DNA of 64,000 nt from Thalassobaculaceae bacterium (GCA_965228875.1 OZ245843.1:1346616-1410615); one strand, 5' to 3'; shown: positions 1 through 9,788, counted from the stretch's first letter. The notes: generated by a model not told the origin, from the sequence alone. Program-made: numbers and translations.

Positions 1-17
1 ATGATGACGATCTTCAT
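1..17 (-). CDS. 5' end of a gene running off the left edge (MKIVI...)
   Basis: ATG at 17-15 with purine-rich GGGAAAG just upstream, 14 bp after the thiL stop. Only 5 complete codons are visible. Confidence 0.35.
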
Positions 18-31
18 CGTTCGGCTTTCCC

Positions 32-1024
32 TCAGAAATGGCGCCAGCCCCGGGTCGCAAGGCCTTCCACCGGCTCACCGCCGCGGTCGAGTACGGCGAC
101 GCCGCTGCCGGAGTCTACCCGACCGATGCGTGTGACGGATACGCCGGCGTCCCGTCCGGCCGCCATGACCCGCGCATCGGCTTCCGCAGGCGCGGTGAAC
201 AGGAGCTCGTAGTCATCACCGCCCTCCAGCACCTGGGCGAAACGGTCGGGATCATCGCCCACCAGTTCCGCCGCCGAAGCCGAGAGCGGTACCGCAGGTG
301 CGTCGACGACCAGCCGGACGCCGGAGCACGCCGCCAGGTGGCCGGCGTCCTGAACGAGGCCGTCCGACACGTCCATGGCCGCCGTCGCGACCCCGACGAG
401 CCGGCATCCGAGGGCGACGCGCGGTCGCGGTAGGCGGTAGCGGTCGGCGAGATCGGCGAAACCGCCCATGATCGCGCCCCGGGCGACGTCGAGCCCCAGC
501 GCCCCGTCACCGATCGTTCCGCTCACCCAGAGCGCATCGCCGTCGCGTGCCCCGCCGCGCCGCAGAGCGCTCCCCCTCGCCACCCGGCCGAAGGCGGTGA
601 TCGACACGGTAACGGGTCCGGGCGTCGAGACGCTGTCTCCGCCGAGAAGATGCACGCCGAACGCGCTCTGATCGGCGGCCAGGCCGTCGGTGAAGGCGCC
701 GAGCCATCCCTCCACGTCCGGCATGTCCCTCGGCAGGGCAAGCGCCAGGGTGTATCCCAGCGGCTCGGCCCCCATGGCGGCCAGGTCGGAGAGGTTCACC
801 CGCAGCGCCTTGCGCGCCACGAGGTCCGGCGGGTCTCCGGGCAGGAAATGAACACCGGCGACCAGGGCATCGACGGTCACCACCCACGCCTCACTCGCGT
901 CGATCTCGGGCAGTTCGGCGGCGTCGTCGGTCAGGCCGAAGGCGCCGGGCGCCTCCTTGGCCAGCGGCGCGAAGAACCGGGCGATCCTGTCGAACTCACC
1001 GAGCGTTGCGCCGTCCTGTGTCAT
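32..1024 (-). CDS. thiL: thiamine-monophosphate kinase
   Basis: GEFDRI start, DDAA, GVHF, NLSDLAAMGAEP, GGD, AMDVSDGL, GGDDYELLFT and GWRHF motifs; follows nusB. Confidence 0.97.
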   Translation of the reverse strand: MTQDGATLGEFDRIARFFAPLAKEAPGAFGLTDDAAELPEIDASEAWVVTVDALVAGVHFLPGDPPDLVARKALRVNLSDLAAMGAEPLGYTLALALPRDMPDVEGWLGAFTDGLAADQSAFGVHLLGGDSVSTPGPVTVSITAFGRVARGSALRRGGARDGDALWVSGTIGDGALGLDVARGAIMGGFADLADRYRLPRPRVALGCRLVGVATAAMDVSDGLVQDAGHLAACSGVRLVVDAPAVPLSASAAELVGDDPDRFAQVLEGGDDYELLFTAPAEADARVMAAGRDAGVSVTRIGRVDSGSGVAVLDRGGEPVEGLATRGWRHF

Positions 1025-1162
1025 CCCGTGTCCTGTGTCATCCCGTGTCCTGGGTCATCCCGTGTCCTGTGTCATCCCGTGTCCTGTGTCATCCCGTGTC
1101 CTGGGTCATCTCGTGTCCTGGGTCATCCCGTGTCCTGGGTCATCTCGTGTCCTGGGTCATCC
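1013..1162. repeat. 17-bp tandem repeat, 8 full units + 1 partial, unit GTCCTG(T/G)GTCATC(C/T)CGT, overlapping the thiL start
   Basis: Units start at 1013, 1030, 1047, 1064, 1081, 1098, 1115, 1132 and 1149 (partial); only two positions vary. Confidence 0.97.
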
Positions 1163-1172
1163 GGCATTCAGA

Positions 1173-1224
1173 GTTACCCTGCCCGAGTCTACCCTGCCCA
1201 GGTTCCCCTGCCCGGGTTCCCCAG
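1173..1224. repeat. degenerate 14-15 bp tandem repeat (~3.5 copies, core CCCTGCCC)
   Basis: GTTACCCTGCCCGA / GTCTACCCTGCCCAG / GTTCCCCTGCCCGG / GTTCCCCAGC between nusB and thiL. Confidence 0.75.
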
Positions 1225-1258
1225 CACTCGGAAGCGTCCCGATACCGCCCGCGGCACC

Positions 1259-1771
1259 TCAGCAGGTCTTGTCGGTGAACTCGTCCTCGCGCAGCAGGCG
1301 GGCGAGGCGGTCGAGGACCGCGTTGACCAGCGCCGGCTCCCGTCCGGAAAAGAAGTCTCGCCCAAGCTCGACATACTCCGTGATGACGACCTTGGCCGGC
1401 ACATCGCCGAACGCGAGGAGTTCGTAGGCACCAAGGCGCAGAATCGCGCGCAGCAGCACCTCCAGCCGCGCGAGCTTGAACTCCGGCTCCAGGGCATCGG
1501 TGAGCATGGGATCGACCGTCGGCATGTCGCCGACAGCCCCCAGCACGAGCTTCTCGAAGAACAGGGCGTCGACAGGACCCGATTCGGTATCCTCGACGAT
1601 GCCGCGGAACCCGCTGGACACATAGGTCGGCACGACCTCATGCGGCGACGCCGCCACGATCTCGATCTCGTACAGTGCCTGTGCGGCCGCGAGGCGGGCC
1701 AGCGTTCGCGCGACGGACCGGCCCCGGCCGCGGGCGCCCGATGACCGGCTTGAGGACTTGGAGGAGGTCAT
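1259..1771 (-). CDS. nusB: transcription antitermination factor NusB
   Basis: RTLARLAAAQALYE, LRAILRLGAYEL, VVITEYVEL and VNAVLD motifs; ribH-nusB-thiL order. Confidence 0.96.
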   Translation of the reverse strand: MTSSKSSSRSSGARGRGRSVARTLARLAAAQALYEIEIVAASPHEVVPTYVSSGFRGIVEDTESGPVDALFFEKLVLGAVGDMPTVDPMLTDALEPEFKLARLEVLLRAILRLGAYELLAFGDVPAKVVITEYVELGRDFFSGREPALVNAVLDRLARLLREDEFTDKTC

Positions 1772-2214
1772 GACAGGGCGAACTGATGACGGAGCGAAAC
1801 CATGGCGAGGCAGGCCTCGGCAGCGTCCTTGCCCTTGTTCTTGCCGCTCTCGACACCGGCCCGCGCCCAGGCCTGGTCGCCGTTCTCGACCGTCAGGATG
1901 CCATAGCCGATCGCGAGGTTGTCGCGGATCGCCAGATCCTGGAGGCCGCGCGCGCTCTCGCCGCAGACATAGTCGTAGTGGCTGGTCTCGCCCCGGATCA
2001 CGCAGCCGAGCGCGATATAGCCGTCATAATCCACGCCGCCCTTCAGCGATCCCTGGTGAGCGAAGGCGATGGCGGCCGGCACCTCGAAGGCACCCGGAAC
2101 CGTGACCCGGTCGTACTCGACGCCGGCGGCGTCCAGATGCTGGATCGCGCCGCGGGCAAGCTCGTCGGCGATCTCCTCGTAGAACCGGGCTTCAACGATC
2201 AGGACGCGGGGCAT
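1768..2214 (-). CDS. ribH: 6,7-dimethyl-8-ribityllumazine synthase
   Basis: VPGAFEVP, LGCVIRGETSHYDYV and NKG motifs; start placed at ATG 2214 (MPRVLIVEARF). Confidence 0.96.
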   Translation of the reverse strand: MPRVLIVEARFYEEIADELARGAIQHLDAAGVEYDRVTVPGAFEVPAAIAFAHQGSLKGGVDYDGYIALGCVIRGETSHYDYVCGESARGLQDLAIRDNLAIGYGILTVENGDQAWARAGVESGKNKGKDAAEACLAMVSLRHQFALS

Positions 2215-2218
2215 GGCT

Positions 2219-3376
2219 TCACTCGCTGTCGGAAGGAATCGGACGCTGATCGACCACACTCAACCCGTAGCCGTCCAGTCCGATGATGGTCCGGCGGGTG
2301 TTCGACACCAGCACCATCTCATGGACGCCGAGGTCGAGCAGGATCTGCGCACCGACGCCGTAGTCGCGGAGTTCAGCCTGCGGCACCCGCCCCTCGGCCT
2401 CGGCCCGGAGTTTGTCGCGGACCCGGTCGGACAGTGAGGTCGGGCTCGGCTCGCGGATCAGCACCACGACACCTCGCCCGGCTTCGCCGATCAGGCGCAT
2501 CGCCGCCGCGAGTTCACCGCCGCGCTTGCCGCCGACATCGCCGAGCACGTCGTCAAGCACGTTCAACGCGTGCATGCGAACCATGACCGGGTCGCGCGTG
2601 GTGATGTCGCCCTTTACCAGCACGACATGTTCGGCATAGGTGATCTTGTTGGTGTAGACGATCATCCGCCAGTCGCCGCCGTAGCGGCTGCGCAGGGTCG
2701 TCTCCACCGCGCGCTCGACCACGCTTTCGGTCCGCCGCCGATAGGCGATCAGGTCGGCGATCGTCGCGATCTTCAGGTTGTGGAATTGCGCGAACCGCAC
2801 CAGATCGGGCAGTCGCGCCATGGTCCCGTCGTCGTTCATGATCTCGCAGATCAGACCGGACGGGTTCAGGCCGGCCATGCGGGCGATGTCGACCACCGCT
2901 TCGGTGTGACCGGCGCGCACAAGCGTCCCGCCCTCCCGCGCCATCAGCGGGAAGACGTGGCCGGGCGTGACGATGTCCTCGCGTCCGCGCTGCGGGTCGA
3001 TCGCAACCTGGATCGTGTGCGCGCGGTCGTGGGCCGAGATACCGGTGGTCACACCTTCGCGCGCCTCGATCGACACGGTGAAGGCGGTTTCGTGACGGGT
3101 CTCGTTGCGCGACGACATCAGGGGCAGACCGAGTTTCTCGATCCTTTCCCGGGTCATCGACAGGCAGATCAGGCCGCGCGCATGCTTGGCCATGAAGTTC
3201 ACGATCTCCGGCGTCGCCATCTGCGCGACCACGCAGATATCGCCCTCGTTCTCGCGGTTCTCGTCGTCGACCAGAATGAACATCCGCCCCGAACGGGCTT
3301 CTTCGACGACTTCCTCGATGGAGGACAGCGCGCCGGTATAGAGCTCCGACAGGGAGTTCGGTTGCTGTTCGGACAT
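2219..3376 (-). CDS. ribB: 3,4-dihydroxy-2-butanone-4-phosphate synthase fused to a degenerate GTP cyclohydrolase II-like domain (RibBX type)
   Basis: [40 protein letters not shown] and CEIMNDDG motifs. The C-terminal domain has VRMH and [10 protein letters not shown] but no cysteines. TGATG overlap with ribE. Confidence 0.93.
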   Translation of the reverse strand: MSEQQPNSLSELYTGALSSIEEVVEEARSGRMFILVDDENRENEGDICVVAQMATPEIVNFMAKHARGLICLSMTRERIEKLGLPLMSSRNETRHETAFTVSIEAREGVTTGISAHDRAHTIQVAIDPQRGREDIVTPGHVFPLMAREGGTLVRAGHTEAVVDIARMAGLNPSGLICEIMNDDGTMARLPDLVRFAQFHNLKIATIADLIAYRRRTESVVERAVETTLRSRYGGDWRMIVYTNKITYAEHVVLVKGDITTRDPVMVRMHALNVLDDVLGDVGGKRGGELAAAMRLIGEAGRGVVVLIREPSPTSLSDRVRDKLRAEAEGRVPQAELRDYGVGAQILLDLGVHEMVLVSNTRRTIIGLDGYGLSVVDQRPIPSDSE

Positions 3377-4005
3377 CACGACCCAATCGGCTGGCGGACA
3401 AGCGACGAGACGGGCACCGTCCCGGTCTCGGCAAGGCGCGCAACGTAGCGCGCCAGCAGGTCCACTTCCATGTTCAATTTGTCCCCGACCGCCCGCTCGC
3501 GAAACGTCGTGTTGTCCCAGGTGTGCGGGATCAGATTGAGGTCGAACGTCCGACCCCGAACCGCGTTCACGGTCAGCGAGACACCATCGAGGCAGACCGA
3601 TCCCTTGGTCGCCACGAACCCTTCGAGGCCCTGCGGCGCCTCGACCGTCAAGCGGTGACTGTCGCCTTCCCGCGCCAGGGAAACCAGCGTGGCGAGACCG
3701 TCGACATGGCCGGTGACAAGATGGCCGCCGAGTTCGGAGCCGAGCGTGAGCGACCGCTCCAAGTTGACCTCCGTCCCGTCGCCCCAGGAGCCCAGCGTCG
3801 TCTTGGACAGGGTTTCGGCCGAGACGTCGACGGTGAAGCTGTCGGTGGTCTTCTCGACGACGGTCAGACAGGCCCCGCCGCAGGCGATCGACGCGCCGAT
3901 CGCGACCTCATCCATGGGGAAGGCGGTGGCGATCACGAAGCGTGTATCGCCGCGCCGTTCGATCGACCGCACGCGGCCGATATCGGTGATGATTCCGGTG
4001 AACAT
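3376..4005 (-). CDS. ribE: riboflavin synthase (alpha chain)
   Basis: MFTGII N-terminus, GACLTV, VNLERSL, GGHLVTGHVD and DGVSLTVN motifs. Confidence 0.97.
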   Translation of the reverse strand: MFTGIITDIGRVRSIERRGDTRFVIATAFPMDEVAIGASIACGGACLTVVEKTTDSFTVDVSAETLSKTTLGSWGDGTEVNLERSLTLGSELGGHLVTGHVDGLATLVSLAREGDSHRLTVEAPQGLEGFVATKGSVCLDGVSLTVNAVRGRTFDLNLIPHTWDNTTFRERAVGDKLNMEVDLLARYVARLAETGTVPVSSLVRQPIGS

Positions 4006-4014
4006 GGCGGGAAC

Positions 4015-5136
4015 CTAGGATCGTCGGCGCAAGGTTTCCAGGGTGTCCGCGCCGATCCGCTCCAATTCAACCGATTCGAATCGCGGCGCCAGGGCCAGAT
4101 CGACCACCGAAAGGGCGTCGATCGCCGCTCTTCCGTCTCCGCCGATCGCCACCGGGGCGCGGAACAGGGCGACCCTGTCGATTTGGTCCGCCAGCAGGAA
4201 CGCGCGGGCGATCCCCGCTCCACCCTCGACCAGCACACTGTTGATGCCGCGGTCGGCCAGCGCCGCGAGAGCCGCATCAACAGCCGGTCGCTGTTCGGCA
4301 TTCTCCGCCACCGGCAGCACCGTCACGCCCAGCGCCTCCAACGCCCCGCGGCGCCCAGCGTCGGCATCGTGCCGGCAGACGATCCAGGTCGGTACAGCGG
4401 TCGCCGTCCGCGCCAGACGCGAGTCCGGCGACAGCGACAGACCGCCATCGAGCACGATCCGCACGGGCGAGCGCGCGGCGAGCCCCGGCAGCCGGCAGGT
4501 CAGATCCGGATCGTCGGCGCGCGCGGTGCCGGAGCCGATCAGGATGGCGTCATGCCGGGCACGCAGCAGGTGACCGCGGGCCCGCGCCTCGGCCCCGGTG
4601 ATCCAGCGGCTGGCGCCGGCGGCGGTGGCGATACGACCGTCCAGACTTGCTGCGAGCTTGAGGGTCACGGACGGTCGTCCGGTCCGCAATCGGGCGAGGT
4701 AACCGGACAGAACCTCTTCCGCCGCCGCCTTCTCGACCCCGGATTCCACCTCGATCCCGGCCGCGCGCAGAATGGCGAATCCGCCGCCGTCGACCCGGGG
4801 ATCGGGATCCTCCAGCGCCACGACGACCCGGGCCACCCCAGCCTCGACCAGCGCGTCGGCGCACGGCGGCGTCCTGCCCCAATGGGCGCAGGGCTCGAGC
4901 GTCACATAGGCGGTCGCGCCTCGGGCGGCGGCACCGGCCCGTTCGAGCGCCAGCGCCTCAGCATGCGGCCGGCCGCCGTCGGCGGTGCGAGCGCGTGCCA
5001 GGATTTCGCCGTCGCGGACCAGCACACAGCCGACGGAAGGGTTCTCGGCGGTTCGGCCGAGGCCGCGACGCGCGAGCCTCAGCGCAAGTGCCATGAACAG
5101 GCGGTCCTCGGCCCGCACATCGCGCCCGCTCGCCAT
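4015..5136 (-). CDS. ribD: bifunctional pyrimidine deaminase/reductase RibD
   Basis: NPSVGCV, HAE, TLEPCAHWGRTPPC, KLAASLDG and VLVEGG motifs; start placed at ATG 5136. Confidence 0.96.
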   Translation of the reverse strand: MASGRDVRAEDRLFMALALRLARRGLGRTAENPSVGCVLVRDGEILARARTADGGRPHAEALALERAGAAARGATAYVTLEPCAHWGRTPPCADALVEAGVARVVVALEDPDPRVDGGGFAILRAAGIEVESGVEKAAAEEVLSGYLARLRTGRPSVTLKLAASLDGRIATAAGASRWITGAEARARGHLLRARHDAILIGSGTARADDPDLTCRLPGLAARSPVRIVLDGGLSLSPDSRLARTATAVPTWIVCRHDADAGRRGALEALGVTVLPVAENAEQRPAVDAALAALADRGINSVLVEGGAGIARAFLLADQIDRVALFRAPVAIGGDGRAAIDALSVVDLALAPRFESVELERIGADTLETLRRRS

Positions 5137-5146
5137 CGCCGTGCCG

Positions 5147-5617
5147 TCAGTCGTCGGCGTAGCTGCCGCCACTCTGGATTTCCTCGACGAAGTTCTCGAA
5201 GTCCTTCGCCTCGCGGAAGTTCTTGTAGACCGAGGCGAAGCGCACGTACGCGACCGGGTCAACGTTGGCGAGCGCGTCCATCACCATTTCGCCGATAACG
5301 TCGGACGGAATCTCGCTCTCCCCCATGCTCTCCAGGCGGCGCACGATGCCCGTGACCAGCCGTTCGATCCGCTCCGGATCGACCGGGCGCTTGCGCAGCG
5401 CGATCTGGATCGAGCGTGCCAGCTTGTCGCGGTCGAAGGGCACGCGCTTGGCCGTCTTCTTGATCACCGTGAGCTCGCGCAGCTGCACCCGCTCGAAGGT
5501 GGTGAAGCGGGCGCTGCATTCCGGACAGAACCGACGCCGGCGGATCGCCGTGTTGTCCTCGGTCGGACGGGAGTCCTTCACCTGGGTGTCTTCGTTACCG
5601 CAGAACGGACATCGCAT
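5147..5617 (-). CDS. nrdR: transcriptional repressor NrdR
   Basis: MRCPFC...VKDSR...[10 protein letters not shown] zinc ribbon, ATP cone and [10 protein letters not shown]. Confidence 0.98.
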   Translation of the reverse strand: MRCPFCGNEDTQVKDSRPTEDNTAIRRRRFCPECSARFTTFERVQLRELTVIKKTAKRVPFDRDKLARSIQIALRKRPVDPERIERLVTGIVRRLESMGESEIPSDVIGEMVMDALANVDPVAYVRFASVYKNFREAKDFENFVEEIQSGGSYADD

Positions 5618-5638
5618 GGTCCTACCCCTTCCCTCGCC

Positions 5639-6946
5639 TCACGCCGCGCCCGGATATATCGGGAAACGGCCGCACAGCTCCTCGACCCTGGCGCGGACCT
5701 GGGCCTCGACCTGGGCGTCGCCTTCGGGATTGCGCGCAAGACCGTCCAGCACGTCGCCGATCAGGTCGCCGACCAGCCGGAACTCGCCCACGCCGAACCC
5801 CCGCGTGGTCCCTGCGGGGGTCCCGAGACGGACGCCGGACGTGATCATGGGCTTTTGCGGATCGAAGGGAACGCCGTTCTTGTTGCACGTGATCCCGGCC
5901 CGCTCGAGGGCGTGCTCGGTGTCGCGGCCGGTCAGCCCCTTGGGCCGCAGGTCGACAAGCATCAGATGGCTGTCGGTCCCGCCCGAGACGATGTCGAGGC
6001 CCCGTCCCTTTAGGACTTCGGCCAGCGCCCTCGCATTGTCGACGACGGCCTGGGCATAGGCCCTGAACTCCGGCCGCAGGGCCTCGCCGAACGCCACGGC
6101 CTTGGCGGCGATGACATGCATGAGCGGACCACCCTGCAGACCGGGGAAGACGGCGGAGTTGATCTTCTTTCCGATGACCTCGTCGCGCGACAGGATCATA
6201 CCGCCGCGCGGGCCGCGCAGGGTCTTGTGCGTGGTCGTGGTGACCACGTCGGCGTGCGGCAGCGGACTGGGATAGGCGCCCCCGGCGACGAGCCCGGCGA
6301 AATGCGCCATATCGACCATCAACAGTGCGCCGACGCCGTCGGCGATCGCCCGAAACCGCTCGAAATCGATCTCCCGCGGATAGGCCGAACCGCCGGCGAT
6401 GATCATGGCGGGCTTATGCTCGCGGGCCAGGGCGTCCAGTTCGTCGTAGTCGATCGTACCGGTCTCGCGGCCGACACCGTAGCCGACTGCGTTGAACCAT
6501 TTGCCGGACAGGTTCGGGGCGGCGCCATGGGTCAGGTGTCCGCCGGCGTCCAGCGACATGCCGAGGATCGTGTCGCCCGGCTTCAGCAGCGCCAGGAAGA
6601 CCGCCTGATTGGCCTGGGCGCCGGAATGCGGCTGCACGTTGGCGAACGGGCAGTCGAACAGCGCCTTCGCGCGGTCGATGGCCAGCTGCTCGGCGACGTC
6701 GACGAACTCGCAGCCGCCGTAGTAACGCCGTCCGGGATAGCCCTCGGCATACTTGTTCGTCAGAACCGAGCCCTGGGCCTCCAGCACGGCGCGGGAGACG
6801 ATGTTTTCGGACGCGATCAGCTCGATCTGCGACTGCTGACGATGCAGTTCGCGGTCGATCGAACCGAGCAGCTCCGGATCGGTCTCGGCCAAGCTGGCGC
6901 CGAAGAAGGCCTCGGCGTCGGTGTGCAGTTCGGGGGCGAGAGTCAT
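5639..6946 (-). CDS. glyA: serine hydroxymethyltransferase
   Basis: [22 protein letters not shown] and [14 protein letters not shown] (PLP lysine) motifs. Confidence 0.99.
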   Translation of the reverse strand: MTLAPELHTDAEAFFGASLAETDPELLGSIDRELHRQQSQIELIASENIVSRAVLEAQGSVLTNKYAEGYPGRRYYGGCEFVDVAEQLAIDRAKALFDCPFANVQPHSGAQANQAVFLALLKPGDTILGMSLDAGGHLTHGAAPNLSGKWFNAVGYGVGRETGTIDYDELDALAREHKPAMIIAGGSAYPREIDFERFRAIADGVGALLMVDMAHFAGLVAGGAYPSPLPHADVVTTTTHKTLRGPRGGMILSRDEVIGKKINSAVFPGLQGGPLMHVIAAKAVAFGEALRPEFRAYAQAVVDNARALAEVLKGRGLDIVSGGTDSHLMLVDLRPKGLTGRDTEHALERAGITCNKNGVPFDPQKPMITSGVRLGTPAGTTRGFGVGEFRLVGDLIGDVLDGLARNPEGDAQVEAQVRARVEELCGRFPIYPGAA

Positions 6947-6970
6947 GAAGAGATCGGTCTCCTTCGGACC

Positions 6971-7447
6971 TCAGTCGGTGGTCTCAACGGCGGCGGCGCC
7001 GAGATCCGGCGGGTTCGTCATCTTGGCAACGCGCCGGGCGTGGCGGTCGCCGCCGAATTCCGTGGCGAGGAAGGTATCGACGCACTGATGCGCCAGTTCA
7101 GTGCCGAGGAGCCGGCCGCCGAGCGCGATGACATTGGCGTCGTTGTGCTCGCGTGACAGCTGGGCCGTGGTGACGTCGTGACACAGCGCGGCGCGGACCC
7201 AGGGATAGCGATTGGCGGCGATGCTGATGCCGAGACCGGTACCGCAGACGAGAATGCCGCGCCCGGCCCGACCGTCGCGCAGAGCCGCGGCCATGGCGAA
7301 CGCGAAATCCGGGTAATCGACGGATTCCTGCCCATCCGTCCCGAGGTCCAGGACCTCCACCCCCTTCCCGCGCAGATACGCGACAAGGTCGGACTTCAGG
7401 GCGAAACCGGCATGATCGGACGCGATTGCGACCACGGCTGAGGTCAT
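6971..7447 (-). CDS. rpiB: ribose-5-phosphate isomerase B
   Basis: ASDHAG, VDYPD, CGTGLGISIAAN, SREHNDANV and RHARRV motifs. Confidence 0.96.
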   Translation of the reverse strand: MTSAVVAIASDHAGFALKSDLVAYLRGKGVEVLDLGTDGQESVDYPDFAFAMAAALRDGRAGRGILVCGTGLGISIAANRYPWVRAALCHDVTTAQLSREHNDANVIALGGRLLGTELAHQCVDTFLATEFGGDRHARRVAKMTNPPDLGAAAVETTD

Positions 7448-7755
7448 CTCTTATGGCTCCGGGACAGGTTCGCCCCTATATAAGCCAACAACGCCGATCG
7501 ATGCCACAAAAGCTGGCACCGCATCGCCAGCGTTCTTCGGGATTTCCACGGCCCGGGTGAGCCCCTGGGGAACGGCGTCCGTCGACCGACAACCCCGCGG
7601 CGGGGCATAAACTTAATCGGGGAATTATTTCAACGACCGTGCAGTAGTGACGACGGGTATTTGAATTGCGCGGATTAAAATCTTTATGAAAGTGTTGACT
7701 TGCTTAGGTGCCTGTGTCAGCCATGTAATATGTAGTGTTTCCTGCAAAATTGAGC

Positions 7756-8211
7756 ATGTCGATGAGCGAAGAAGCGAAGAACGACCCGACATCCGGTAAG
7801 TCCATGATCGAAATGACGACCCAGGTCGTCGCTGCGTATCTGAGCAACAACTCGATCGCCTCCAATCAAATCGCGGAGGTGATCAATACGGTGCACGATG
7901 CGCTGAGCAACCTCACGGATGGCGGCAGCGAGCCCGAGCCGGAGCCGCTGAAGCCGGCGGTTCCGATCAAGAAGTCGATCACCCCCGACTACATCGTCTG
8001 CTTGGAGGACGGCAAGCAGCTGAAGATGCTGAAGCGCCACCTGCGGACCACCTACGACATGACGCCGGACGACTACCGCGCGAAGTGGGGGCTTCCGGCC
8101 GACTATCCCATGGTCGCCCCGAACTACGCCGCGCAGCGTTCCGAGTTCGCCAAGAAGATCGGCCTCGGACGTCAGACCTCGCGCCGGGGCGGACGGCGCA
8201 AGGGCGCCTGA
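7756..8211 (+). CDS. mucR: MucR/Ros family transcriptional regulator (xenogeneic silencer)
   Basis: PAVPIKKSITPDYIVCLEDGKQLKMLKRHL...YRAKWGLPADYPMVAPNY. Start is ATG 7756 or 7762; the upstream region is AT-rich. Confidence 0.95.
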   Translation: MSMSEEAKNDPTSGKSMIEMTTQVVAAYLSNNSIASNQIAEVINTVHDALSNLTDGGSEPEPEPLKPAVPIKKSITPDYIVCLEDGKQLKMLKRHLRTTYDMTPDDYRAKWGLPADYPMVAPNYAAQRSEFAKKIGLGRQTSRRGGRRKGA

Positions 8212-8242
8212 CCGCCACAGCGACCGCGACGTCGGGAACACG

Positions 8243-8278
8243 GACGGCCGTCGGATTACCGGCGGCCGTCTTTCTTTT
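8243..8278 (+). terminator. intrinsic terminator after mucR
   Basis: Hairpin GACGGCCGTCGG-ATTA-CCGGCGGCCGTC followed by TTTCTTTT. Confidence 0.75.
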
Positions 8279-8459
8279 GCTTGTTCATCACGTATTCAAG
8301 CTTGCGGATCGCCGTCTGTCGTAGCGCGGCCTCGCCGCGGGACGGATCGCCGACGATCGACACCTCGGTTCCGGTCACCGGATCGATGGCGCTGACCTTC
8401 ACGTAGGCCCCCCTCGAGATGAATTCCAAAATCACACGGTTGTCGTTCCGGGGGGGCAT
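8256..8459 (-). CDS. small conserved alphaproteobacterial protein (DUF6898-like), 67 aa
   Basis: VILEF..G.YVKVSAIDPVTGTEVSIVG...AIRKL.Y pattern. It forms the C-terminal part of the 8256..9017 ORF, whose upstream part is antisense to the acyl-CoA dehydrogenase. Confidence 0.8.
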   Translation of the reverse strand: MPPRNDNRVILEFISRGAYVKVSAIDPVTGTEVSIVGDPSRGEAALRQTAIRKLEYVMNKQKKDGRR

Positions 8460-8540
8460 TCTCGTCTCTGGATATTTGGACGCCGACGCTTCGTGACCGT
8501 ATATAAGGGCTAACGAGACAAGATTACGAGGGAGATCGAC

Positions 8541-9770
8541 ATGGTCCCGCCCGTCGCCGCCGTCGCAGACGCACAGGCAGCCGAAACCAAACCCCGTCCG
8601 GACTTCGTCTGGGACGACCCGCTGCTGCTGGACGACCAGCTCAGCGAGGAAGAGCGGATGATCCGCGACGCCGCCCGCGACTACTGCCAGGAGAAGCTCC
8701 TGCCCCGCGTCCTCGAAGGCTTCCGGAACGAAACCTTCGACCGCGAGATCATGACCGAGATGGGGGCGCTGGGCCTGCTCGGCTCGACGATCCCAGAGGA
8801 GTATGGCGGCGCCGGCGCCAACCACGTCGTCTATGGCCTGGTCGCCCGCGAGGTCGAGCGGGTCGACAGCGGCTACCGCTCGGCCATGAGCGTGCAGTCC
8901 AGCCTGGTGATGCACCCGATCCACGCCTACGGCTCCGAGGAGCAGCGGCGTAAGTACCTGCCCAAGCTCGCCAGCGGCGAATGGGTCGGTTGCTTCGGAC
9001 TGACTGAGCCGGATCACGGCTCCGATCCGGGTGGCATGAAGAGCCGGGCGGTCGCCGTCGACGGCGGCTACAAGCTCACCGGCGCCAAGATGTGGATCAC
9101 CAATTCGCCGATCGCCGACGTCTTCGTCGTCTGGGCGAAGACCGAGGACGGCAAGATCCGCGGCTTTATTCTGGAGAAGGGCTGGGAAGGTCTGTCGGCC
9201 CCGAAGATCGAGGGCAAATTCAGCCTGCGCGCCTCGATCACGGGCGAAATCGTCATGGACGGCGTGTTCGTGCCGGAAGAGAACCTGCTGCCCAACGTCT
9301 CCGGCCTGAAGGGGCCGTTCGGCTGCCTGAACAAGGCGCGGTACGGCATTTCATGGGGCGCGCTGGGAGCTGCCGAGTTCTGCTGGCACGCCGCGCGCAG
9401 CTACACGATGGACCGCACCCAGTTCGGCCGTCCGCTCGCCGCGAATCAGCTGATCCAGAAAAAGCTCGCCGACATGCAGACCGAGATCACCATCGGCCTG
9501 CAGACCTGCCTGCGCCTGGGCCGGCTGCTCGACGAGGGTCGCGGCGCTCCGGAGGCGATCTCTCTGGCCAAGCGGAACTCGTGCGGCAAGGCGCTGGACA
9601 TCGCCCGCACGGCCCGCGACATGCATGGCGGCAACGGCGTGTCGGATGAGTATGGGGTTATCCGCCACGTCCTGAACCTCGAGGCGGTGAACACCTACGA
9701 GGGGACGCACGACGTGCATGCGCTGATCCTCGGACGGGCCCAGACCGGCCTGCAGGCCTTCACCGGCTGA
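8541..9770 (+). CDS. gcdH: glutaryl-CoA dehydrogenase (acyl-CoA dehydrogenase family)
   Basis: [43 protein letters not shown] and [15 protein letters not shown] motifs; GGAG RBS. Confidence 0.9.
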   Translation: MVPPVAAVADAQAAETKPRPDFVWDDPLLLDDQLSEEERMIRDAARDYCQEKLLPRVLEGFRNETFDREIMTEMGALGLLGSTIPEEYGGAGANHVVYGLVAREVERVDSGYRSAMSVQSSLVMHPIHAYGSEEQRRKYLPKLASGEWVGCFGLTEPDHGSDPGGMKSRAVAVDGGYKLTGAKMWITNSPIADVFVVWAKTEDGKIRGFILEKGWEGLSAPKIEGKFSLRASITGEIVMDGVFVPEENLLPNVSGLKGPFGCLNKARYGISWGALGAAEFCWHAARSYTMDRTQFGRPLAANQLIQKKLADMQTEITIGLQTCLRLGRLLDEGRGAPEAISLAKRNSCGKALDIARTARDMHGGNGVSDEYGVIRHVLNLEAVNTYEGTHDVHALILGRAQTGLQAFTG

Positions 9771-9788
9771 CCGACCGGCACACAACAC

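Noticed and set aside
1013..1162. Possible CRISPR array
   Set aside because: The units are contiguous 17-mers with no unique spacers, and there are no cas genes in the window.
4006..6970. FMN or glycine riboswitch ahead of the rib genes or glyA
   Set aside because: The intergenic gaps are only ~10-25 bp, leaving no room, and no consensus elements are present.
7513..7530. Sigma54 promoter (TGGCAC) in the rpiB-mucR region
   Set aside because: The -12 element is CGC rather than TTGC, so support is insufficient.
7610..7690. CtrA box TTAA-N7-TTAA upstream of mucR (also checked near 30673-30690)
   Set aside because: Only half-sites or wrong spacing are present.
8256..9017. 253-aa ORF overlapping gcdH
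   Set aside because: Only the last 67 codons look like a real protein; the rest is antisense to the acyl-CoA dehydrogenase.
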